NCBI GenBank assembly: GCA_044892525.1
Contig: CM097888.1
Coordinates: 12,896,001-12,960,000, forward strand
Length of the DNA stretch: 64,000 bases
Reading direction: 5' to 3'
Source of the DNA: Schmidtea polychroa
Taxonomy: Eukaryota
Shown here: one piece after another, positions 37,574 to 49,500 of the stretch
Layout: the number at the start of each line of letters is the position of its first letter
Numbering within the stretch: position 1 is the stretch's first letter
Translations under genes and position numbers: made by a program
Notes under the pieces: generated by a model
The model's database searches: none
What the model was told of the DNA's origin: nothing
What the model saw: the letters and a program-made list of their open reading frames with translations, nothing else

Positions 37574-40500
37574 ATGACGAATGTCGTAAAAACCGACGAG
37601 TATAAAGAAAAGTTCAGAGGAGAACCGTTCAACGGAAATGCAAACAAGTTAGCAACGTTCATAACTAATTTTGAAGTTTATATCACTGTATGTGGATGGA
37701 CACCCGAAGCAATTAGTAAAAGGATGCCGTTGTTTTTGTGCGATAGCGCATTAGAAGTATATTTAGAAGCTAAAGAGAGAGATACGAAATTAGAAAAGTG
37801 GGAAGATATCAAAACATTCCTGAAGAAAACCTTCGGAGCCAGTAAGCCAATCAACCAGGCGTTGGGCGAACTAGCAAATAGGAAACAAAGAGCAAACGAA
37901 TCGATAACATTATATGCCAGTGAATTGCGGAGATTAGCGAAGAAAGCAATGAATGGAAAATTACCCGAAGAAAATCTGATCGGTTATTTCATAGAGGGAT
38001 TACGCCGAGAAGAAGTAAGAGCCTCAGTAGGTTGTCAAATGTGCAAAACATTAGAGGAAGCCATAGATTGGGCTACAAGATGCGAGCTCCACCTTCCAGC
38101 TCAAATGAATATTATGCAAGAGGAGGGAAGGATAATGACAGCAATAGCGAAAGCGGATAACGGAGATAACAACAATCAAGAACCGAAAATGAATCAATTT
38201 ATACCAGGAGCGCACCAAATTTTCAAACCACCACAAGGACGATCAAATGGGAATAATGGTAATCGTAACAACCCGAATAATGAGAACAATTTTAATAATC
38301 GACGAAATATGAACGATAACAAGCAGTGTCGAACATGCGGTAAACCAGGACACTGGGACAGAGATTGCTATAGAAATTCAAATTGTAATCGTTGCGGACG
38401 GCGTGGACATACCGAAAATGTATGCCAATTGAGAGGTTGTTTTAACTGTGGTCAGCCAGGTCACATCTCCAGAGATTGCCGAGAAAGGGGCCAACAACAA
38501 CGACCACCACAGCGAAATAATAATTATATGGCGAATCCGCAACGACAAAGTAACCCTAGCGAAGGAAAACAAATGAACGTTATGCAGGAAATCTCGCAGA
38601 TGAAACAGATGATGCAACAAATGATGAGACCGAGACCGGAATCAGCACCACAACAAACCCAGAATATACGTATGATGAGGAGTACCGAAAATCTCAACAA
38701 TTATGAAGTGCATCAACATGTACAAGAATGGCAAAGACTACAGGCCGAGGAAGAGAGGATAAAACAAGAACGCAACCAACAACGACAAGAACAACCATTG
38801 CGAATTAATATGATGAAGTTAGTAAAAGACATGAAAAGCCAGTATTGCTACAATTACGGGAAAAACCCAAGGGTAGTACCCATGACTGAACCAGAAAAGG
38901 TAACAGAAACAACAACGGAAATGAAAACAGAGAATTCAACCACGATTTTGAAAGGAAACCAGAGAATTCAGAAAATATTCTGGAAAAAGATAAAAGATAA
39001 AATCGAAAAAGAACATAATAAAGCGAAAGCCGAGACAGAAGATGAAAATAACAAGAGCAAGGAACAAACCAGTCAACTAAACCACCAAATGCTACAAGAA
39101 TTAGAATCAGAAGAAACAACGATATTCGAAAGAAAGAAACTAAAGAGAGTACCAAGGATGAGAAATTTGCAAATCAATATGATGAAAAGGACAAAAGATG
39201 TAGCATCGTCAGACGAAGAAGAAGATTATGTAAGTAGTTTGGGTGGAGAAATACTACAGCTAAACGAAATAAGCGAACCTCCAAAAGGGGAAATCAAAGA
39301 GGAAGAAAGCGAAAGCGAGATAACAAGTGGAAGTGAAGACGAGGATATCGAAATAAAGTTGAGAAAAGCAAGGGAGGAAGCGATAAAACAGGTAGCCGAA
39401 ATACTCCCGGCGGTAGTGAGAAACCAAGAGTTCATCGACGTAATATCATTCAGGCGATTCGTGCAAAAAGTGATGAAATTGGAAAGAAACGAGAAAGATT
39501 TAATACCAAACGAGGAAAAATCAATTATAAAAAAGTATATGGAAAAAATGAAGCAGGCAGATACCACGCGGTATGTAATAAAAATCGGAACGAGTAGAGG
39601 ACTTGAAAGAATGTGGATAAAAAATACAGTCACCGACGAACTTTTCGATTGGATACGAGAACATTTGGGAAATTCGAGAAAGAAAGAATATCTGTATCAA
39701 TACCAAGGAGAACAGATTAAACCAGATATGCACTTGGTAGACGCACTAATATGGCCCGGAGAAACGCAAATACTGAAGTTGCATAAAGAAAAACAACCAG
39801 CCAACCTTTACGATTGGGCCAAAGATGCCAAGGCAGAATATGATTTTAATATCAAATTGAAATTAGAACAAATAAAACAATGTACTCTGAGACGAAACCT
39901 GGATAAGCTGATCAAACAAATTCAAGAACAAGTAGAAGACAACTGGGAATTACTCATCACTAGACGAGCCCCAGCCATGTACGAACTAATGAGCCGATTG
40001 CGAGATACAGAAATGCTCCGGATGAGTGATTGGAGAACCATAAATTTGATCCACAAATATGGAAGGTTAAAAGAAACCCAGCCACAGAGGTTGGAAATAA
40101 CCATATGGTTACCGAACGAAGAAAAACGACGAATAAAAATGAGCAATCGGAGTACAGTGGATGACTTGGTATCAAAGATAAACCAAGAGATAACGGAAAA
40201 GGTACGTAGCGAAAGTAGTGATGGTATGGTGGATGATGTAGTCCTGATGTACGATAAAATAATATTACGAGCAGAAGACGACACCTCGTTAAGCGAATTG
40301 GGTATGTGGGACAATCATCAGATCATCAGGATAGTACCAATGGATGAATTTCGAACAAGAGATGTAATCTATCAAAAAGAAATACGAGACCGGATGAAAA
40401 CGTTATATCAAAAATCTACAGAAATAATTGAAATCCACCAACAATGGTTAAAAGAAAAAGAACTACAAGGAAAAATCACGAAATTAAGCACCAGATCCTG

Positions 40501-43500
40501 CAGACGAACCCCATGGGAAAGAGTGTGGAATGCAGAAAATAAGGAATGGGAAATCCGGAAAGGAATCTTCGTAGAAACAGACATTGGTGAGACAGAAAGT
40601 GAATCGGAGGAAGAAGAAGAGGAACCTCCAGAATATGAAGAGGAAGCAAGGGGACAGACATCAGATGACGAAAGCGAGACGGATGTCACATCAGAAAGCG
40701 AAAATGAAGCGAGACATATTCATGCAATGAGGAAAAAGGAACGTGAATATGCTGATATGGACGGCGAGGAAGCGACGGAAGCAAGAGAACGAGAAGAGAC
40801 AGAAAGATATAAACAATTAGGCGATATCTTAGCAATGGGAGCGAAAAATCAAAAACGCCAAGTAGTAGCGTTGGCTAACATCATCTTAAAGACATCAGAG
40901 AACATCCACAATCTGAGAGGAATGGCAAAGGCAATAGAGGAATACCGGCAATATAATGAATGGTATCCAGAACAGCTAGAACAAATTATTCGAAAATGGA
41001 GAAATCAGGAATGGGCACAAGACACTCAGGAGAGGTATCACATCCGAATCAAGTATCCGGACAAGAGCATCGAGGAACTAGAGGTGCATCCAACAACAAA
41101 GATTAGAGAATTAAAAAAGAAATTAGCATATGAAACTCCATTCCATCTGCAACTATTCGGAAAATCACTAGACGATAATGCAGACGTCGGAATAACACCC
41201 ATGAGATTGGAAGAGACAAATGTGTTAACAATGGCAGAAACGTTGGGAAAGCCGTTAAAAAGGAAAAGTAAAATTACTAAACTAACAAAAGGCAGTTTGA
41301 GTACTCCAAGTTCGAACAAAGCACCAAGTAAATCTAATGAAACTGAAGAAGTTGAAGAGATAATCCTGGAAGATAGTGACGATGAACCAGGAGAAAGATC
41401 ACCGCTATTAGTAAGATGGCCGACAGGAGCCGAAATGTGGACTAATAACCAGCCATCAACGAGTTATCAACAACCAACGAAACTAAACATCAAAGAAATC
41501 ATCGACAATACTACGGAAACCGAAACGGATGAACAATTCCAGAAGCAAAGAGAACCAACGAAAGTAACACCAGAAGGTCAAACCGATAAAATAATAGATG
41601 AATGGAATGAGTGGCTAAGAAATAACGATAGCTCATTACCCAGAACGGATAACGAAAGAAATCCGAATTACGAAAATACCAGAGAAGCCGGAACGATGAT
41701 GGAAAAACGGGCAAAAGGAAGACCTAAGAAACAAGGAGAAAAGTCTGAGTTCAAAACCAAAGAACAATTAAAGCAAGAACAAGGGCAAGTTCGATTAGAA
41801 AAATTGGATAAAATAGTATGGGATCTAAAGGAAGCCCAACCAACGATCGAAAGAGGAGAAAAATGGATACGAGAATTGATCAAAGATATGTTAATAATAA
41901 CAAACCCACAACTTAGACGTTTGTGGCAACGGAAAGTAGCCAGTACGGAAGCTAGACAATTATGGCACATCGTTTCGGGGATAATCCCAAAGTTAATCAA
42001 AGAGAAAACGAAAACCACCAAAACGGATTGGGATGAAACGAAGAGAGTGATTGAACTGCTCACGACAAATGCAAATGATGACGAACATCATCTAGTGGTA
42101 ATCACGTATTTGATGTATAATTTGATGGGACTAGCTGCGAGGAAAATACCAAATAAACAATTTGCAAATCATGTGGAAATGACCGTTTCAATCATAGAGA
42201 ATACTATTGAACCACATATTATTCGTGCCGGAGGATGGAAAAGACTTATACAAGCGCCACGAAAAAATGAGCAAGAAAGGTCGATGCAAGTTAGATTGAA
42301 GAAGTTGTTGAATGAACTAGAATGGGAACTACCCATGAAAGACCCAGCAAGCCGAAAAGCATCGATAAATTCGTTAATGATGACTATGATGATATGGATG
42401 TTGTGCACAAGTGGAGCAACAGGTTTTACCATCTACGATTGTGATAATATGATAATGAGAGATAAATACTCGTTGAGAGACATAGAAGAATGCAGACAAG
42501 CATCACCCAACAAATTAGACATAGTAAGAACAAAAGTTACTTACCATGTATATCAAGAATCAGATTTCATCAGAACGCAAGCAAGGGAATGCGTGGTATC
42601 AAAAAAGGTACTCGCATATTACTGTGGACAATATTCGTATTCGACTCTTATACTACCTGGTCTGGATAAAGAAATCGTATCAATACAACGAGAGGACTGT
42701 AAAGAGCTATTTAGAACCGGAGCGCTAAAAATGCATAACGGAGTGACGATTCACGGACAAACTGGAATGATTAAAACCGAAAGCGTTTACGTATCCGGAA
42801 AAGTAAAATCATCAGATGGGTCATGTAACGGAGGTACGTATACGATCCGAGGCGAAGTAATATCGGGGGTAGTAGTGATTGAGTCCTATACGGTTGAACT
42901 AAAGGAATACGAAGCGCAATTTGACGCAAATAATTACCAAATGAAGACCAACCTAGCGTGTAGAGCTACAGAAAACGTATGTAGGACAGGAGTATCAACT
43001 ATAATCTATGAAGCTAATAATCAAAAATGCCGACTCCAACTGTTAAAAAGTGCTTTGTTCAATGAAGTAAAAGGAGAAATATATGAGAACGAGAACGACG
43101 AGGATGGAAACGACAGAGTGAGAATGCGAAATGGAAAACCAATGCCACCATCTCCCAGAGAAAAGAGACTTTCAACGCAGAAGACACCAACAGCATTAAT
43201 CACAGACGATCCAGATCTAGGTATGAGATTTATCAAAGAGAAAGAAACCACCAAATGTGACAGTATAGTATATAAAACCAATTACGCAGGCATCTATATG
43301 TCGAGACAAATAATCGATAGAGCAGTGGGAAAGATAGCAACGGAGGACGTAAAACTATACTTATATGCAAATAATAAAATGGATTTTCTATTTCATCGCG
43401 GACAAACGACCTTGCAAAAAGTATATTACGATCTGATACAAAACGATTGTTCATTGAATAAAGAAATATTGAAAACAAAGCTAGCTATTGCGATAACGCA

Positions 43501-46500
43501 CCCAGATAACACGATGCCATCACTCCCATTACCGGATGGACATTTTGGTAGAATGGTAGGAGAAGTAATGTACACATACCAGTGTACCAAGACGTATGCA
43601 CGAATGCCAGAAAAATCTATACTACCCGAAAAGAGATGTGCAAATGAATTAGAAATCCGTTATAAGGGACAAAATCGATTCGTCCAACCAGTCACTAGAA
43701 TTATGAATCCAGTGGGTTTCTACCCAAATCTCTTTAACTGTTCTAATGCATACGGACCTTTGTATGAAAGGCCCAATGGGAAATGGATGATGTTACCGGG
43801 AAAAACCATATCCGAGGAACCCAAGAAATTTGGATTAATAGAACTTGCCACAGAGCTAGATTTCAAACCTATAGACGTGTCAAACGGTGGTATGTATTCC
43901 CCAGAAGATCTAGAAACAGCACGACTTAACGTACTCTTCCCAGCCAGACGAGAATCCATTTTGTCAAATATGGTTACAATAACGGGGGGAACAAATTATC
44001 AATCAGGCCCGAACTACGAACTGCTACTATCGCCAGACCATTTTCAACAAGCCACATCAAACATGATGAAAGCAATGTGGGGAAGATTCTTAGTTTTTGG
44101 ACAAATGATGGCCGGGATATTAGGGATCATACTCATAATTCAGATAGTCAGAGTAATACTAACACAAATGTTAGCGTGTTTTGATATATACAAGCGGGAA
44201 AAGAAAGTAAATTGGAAAATGATAGTAGGCTTTCTACCATTTTTAGCTAAAACCATGGTATTACATGGTCACTCAAAAGACATTCATCGGATAAAGCGAT
44301 TGATTAAAATATTAACAAAGATTAAAGGAACCGACGAAGAAGTAGGCAGACGATTCCGGAAAGTAATGTACGATGAAGCAACAAGACGACAATTGAAAAA
44401 GAATAAGCCAAAATTTTTGGACCGATTTAGAAGTCAATCATCTAACAGCGATAGTGACGACGATGATAACGGGAACGATAAATGTCTATATCCAACCAGA
44501 AACCCAAACGAAAAACCAATGGAAACAGCACCATATTGGGAAAAGGAAAAGACAAACACCTGGATCGCCAATGGAAGCTATATACCACCGGATATCGTGG
44601 GACCACAAGCAGCTTTGACCATGACACAAAATATGTATCCGCAATTACCGAGTCAACCCGGCATGCATTATATGCCAACACGACGTACCAAAAGTGTAGA
44701 TCAAGCAGATGACGTAAGAACAATAGCAGCGATGAGTCTACCTGGAGGTCCAGCAGTAACAGTTATGATTCAAATCAATGGTAAAGAAACCAATGCTATG
44801 ATAGACACAGGAGCTAATGTATCAGCGATAGCGATTAATCAAATTCCCAGTAAACACTGGAAAGATATGGAATCCACAACAATTCACATCATAGCATGTA
44901 GTAAAGAAACAGTGGACGTGGTCGGAAGATGGTGGACTACTTTGAGATACCAGGACAACGAAATTGAAACGTATTTGGCAGTAATACCAAAACTTAGCGT
45001 ACCATGCATAATCGGAACGGATTTGATGCCAGAATTGTTAAAAGAAGTCGTAATTGACTTAACAACCATGTGTTTAAAAGACAAAACCGGTAGAATATGC
45101 AAAATGAATGCAGTCATCAGATGTCCAGAAAAAATAATAGTACCAGCAAAATCGCAGATGATTTGTCAGATAAAAGTGGATACGGGTATGGAAGGAGAAG
45201 TTATCTTTGAACCAAGCAAGTCATTTGAAAAGCGACGAGAATTACCACTCGCAAGAGAAATAATCACAATAAACCAAGAAGGAGTGATACCGCTCAACAT
45301 CACGAATTTCGAAGAGGAAGACAAAATCATTTATGAGAACGAAAAATTGGGAAGATTGACCCCAATGATGGACATAGAATTACCGAAAATGACCAACGAG
45401 ATGAGCAAAGATGATGAATTATGGACAATAGATAGTATGTTGTTGACGAATGATGAAAAGAAAAAATTGCACCGATTGTTGGTAGAATATAAAGATATAT
45501 TCGCCATCTCAGATTTAGACTTGGGTACATGCGATGTTACCCTACATGCAATACCCCTCATAGATGAAACTCCAATTGCATTAAGACCATACAAGCTAGC
45601 AGAAATGCAAAAAGAAATAGCCGAAGCAGAAGTACAAAAGATGCTGGACGCAAAAGTAATCGAACCGAGTTGCTCACCCTGGCAATTCCCAGTGGTCATG
45701 GTAAAAAAGAAAGATGGCACCCAACGATTCTGTATCGATTATCGGAAGTTAAACGCAGTAACCAAGAGAGATATCTATCCATTGCCGGACATCAATGAGA
45801 TGTTATTGATGTTGCAAGGGGCAGCATATTTTACTTCTTTAGACCTAAAAAGTGGATACTGGCAGATTAAAGTCAAGGATGAGGACAAAGAGAAAACAGC
45901 TTTCACGTTGGGACGAGATCTATATCAATTCAGGAAAATGCCATTCGGACTAACCAACGCACCAGCATCATTTCAACGATGTATGAACTTTGTCACTCAT
46001 GGAATCAAACAATGTATGGTATATATTGATGATTTACTAATCTATTCAGCGACATTTGAACAACATCTGGAAGATATCCGAAACGTATTTATTAGATTAA
46101 GACAGTGGAAACTCAAACTCAAACCATCAAAATGCGATTGGGCAAAGGAAAAAGTCACGTTTTTGGGACACATAGTGTCAGCTAAAGGAAAGGAGCCAGA
46201 TCCAAGAAACATTGAGAAAATAAAAACATGTCCAGCACCGAAAACTGTCACCCAAGTTCAGGAATTTCTAGGATTATGCGGATACTATCGCAAATTTATC
46301 AAAAATTATGCAGGAATTGCAAAACCAATCCAGGAATTAGTAAAGAAGGATATTTCGTTCATTTGGGAAAAAGAACAACAACAGGCGTTCGAAACGCTGA
46401 GAGACAAACTAATCGAAGCACCAATACTGGTACACCCAGATTTCAAGAAGCCATTTCTATTGGCAACGGATGCAAGCGGGTACGCGGCAGGCGCGATTCT

Positions 46501-49500
46501 GGGACAATTAGACGATGAAGGAAAAGAGAGAGTAATCGGGTATTACAGTCGAACATTCAAAAAGCACGAAAAGAACTATTCGGTAACAGAACGGGAAGCA
46601 TTGGCTATAATACAAGCTATCAAACACTTCCGATACTTACTATGGGGACATGAGATATGTATAACCACAGATCATCAACCATTAGTGTGGTTAGGGCAAC
46701 ATAAAGAAGCGTCCAGTAGACTGATGAGATGGGCCATGCAATTGAAAGAATACTCCCCATTTATAAAATTCAAAGCGGGAAGAGCAAATGCCAACGCCGA
46801 TTGTATGTCAAGATTTATTTTTCCAGATTTGGTGGATTCCGAAATGCAACGCATATGCTTAATAGTAGCGGAAGATTTGGATTTCTGTCAATTGCGAAAA
46901 GACCAACAAGAGGACGCGGAATTAAAACAAATTATCGATTATGTAAAAACCGGAAAGACAGATGTATATGCGAAAGACCAAAAATTAAAAGAACATATGG
47001 ATAAACACCGACACCGATATATTATAGAGAAAGATTGGTTGCTGATAATGGATGGGGAAAAACGATTAATGTGTATACCGGAAAACCGACGAAAAGAGTT
47101 ACTAACGCAATATCACGATGGGAGATTGGGAGGACATATGTCATCGAAAAAGACGTTAGCAAGAATGAAACAGAAATATTTTTGGCCTACGTTAACTGAA
47201 GATGTAACCGAATGGGTAAAAAATTGTCTAACTTGTGCAACCAGGAAGAATACTGGATCGAAATGGAAAGCACCTTTAACGCCAATGCCAGTACCAATAG
47301 AACCAATGACAATGATATCCATGGACGTAGTTGGTCCACTACCAGAGTCAGATAAAGGAAACGTTTACATTCTAGTGATCACAGACTTTCTTACGAAATT
47401 CCCAGAAGCATTCGCGATGCCAGACCAAAAAGCTAAAACAATCGCAAAAATTTTGGTAGAAGAGATATGTTGCCGATATGGAACACCAAAACAGATATTA
47501 ACCGATCAGGGAACTAATTTTATGAGTGAGATAATGAGCGAAGTAACAAATTACTTCAAAATAGCAAAACTAAGAACATCTCCATACCACCCTCAAACCA
47601 ATGGGATGACGGAAAGATTTAATGGAACACTTATACAAATGTTATCAAACTACGTCGACCGTCACCAACGAGATTGGGACGAATATATAAACCTATGTCT
47701 TATGGCATACAGAATGTCGATTCACGCATCAACGAAAATGAGCCCATTCAAATTAATGTACGGAAGAGAGTGTAATATGCCAATGGACCTGGAATACCAA
47801 CCACCGATATCGCAGTATATGGAGATCGATGATTATGTTACGAAATTCAAGGAAAGAATGCAAGAGATTTGGGAAACTGCGGGATTAAATATCAAGTTCT
47901 ACCAGGAAAGTTATAAAGATTTACACGATCGAAAGAAAAACGTGAAGCAACATACGTTTCAAACAGGTGATTGGGTAATGATAGAAACCCCGGAATTAAT
48001 TCCAGGAACCACAAAAAAGTTACAACGCAACGGAAAAGGACCATATGAGATCTTATTCGTAGGCGAAACCAATGTAAGAGTGAAATTGGTAAATAACCCA
48101 TTTACCAGGCCAATATACGTAAACGTGGCACGATGCAAATCAATTCCAAAAACAGCCACAAGTCAACCAGAAGGCCGTACATTAACCACACGTTCGCAAA
48201 CCTACCGAATGAACATGATGCAACAACTCGCAGAACCGATCACCGGACGATTGGGTATCCAACCATCAGAAGCGGAAAAGATTGTAAAAGAGGTAAAAAT
48301 TAAAATACCTGGATGGGCGAAAGATCGATTAGATTTTGAAATATTAGGAGGATTATTGACGATGATCGAGAACTATGCAAATAGAGAAAGGACACACCCA
48401 TTATTGCGAGTAGTCAAAAGCCAATGGCCAATATTATTTACAATAACAGATCATTACGGAGACACACCATTACACAAACTCATGAAAGTAGGTAACAACG
48501 AGCAAATACTAGAAACAATAGAAGCATTTCACGACTGCAAGCGATCAACAGAACAAACAAACAACCAAGGTTACACACCATTAATGATAGCCGCAAACAG
48601 AGGCAAAACAAAAGACATTATAACCGCATTACTCGATACCGGATCGAAAATAACTACACAAGACCACGAGCGGAAAAACGCTCTACATCATGCTATCGAA
48701 GGGAGAAGTACCGAGGCGTTCACGTCATTGATGGAACTACTATCATATGAGGACAATCGGGAAGTCGGAAACATGTATGATGGATTGTTAACAGCGATCA
48801 AAGAAAAACTGACGACAATTACCGGAATATTAATTACATGGAGAAATCCAATTCAAAACGATTATATGATCAACGTAAACGAAGCGTTCACGAGAGGAGA
48901 GAACACGCTGATGAGAGAAGCTATGAAAGGACATCATTTATTCGAAATCCCGAATCAATTACTAGAACGAGGGATAAAATTCACAAATCACAAAGATGAA
49001 CAGTTAACAAAAAAGCGAATCGACACATTCGAAAAATCACTATTCCAATTTACTAACCAAGTACGAAATAAATATTGGGAAACGGTAAGTGTGTTATATA
49101 TGATGGACACAATGAATAACATCCGCGAGAATTACCTGGATATTATCCAAATACTTACAGCAGAGGAACGAATCAATAATCCAAACGGAAAGAAAACGAA
49201 AATAAGGTATGAGAAATCCAGGGAATCAAAGTCAACAACGAACCAAACGGTCACAAACAACGTCATCGAAACCAAATCAATGAGTATAGATCAAGAGGCA
49301 ATAATACGCAAAGCAAAAGAAGTGTTCTTTGAGGAAATGCTAGAGCTGCCAGACGAAATAATATTGTCCAAAATAATAAAAGCCGTACACACATACGCAA
49401 GAGATCAAACCACGGGTTTAGATATCGGGAAAATCAAAACCTTCTTGCCTCGAGCATTTACGATGGTAACAAAGGATTCCAGAACACCTCTACAACAAGC

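Noticed and set aside
39780-41030. Possible death-fold (DED/DD) domains before UBL2 and UBL3
   Set aside because: Only helical patterning and a loose L..I..KW motif; not enough to call without structure prediction.
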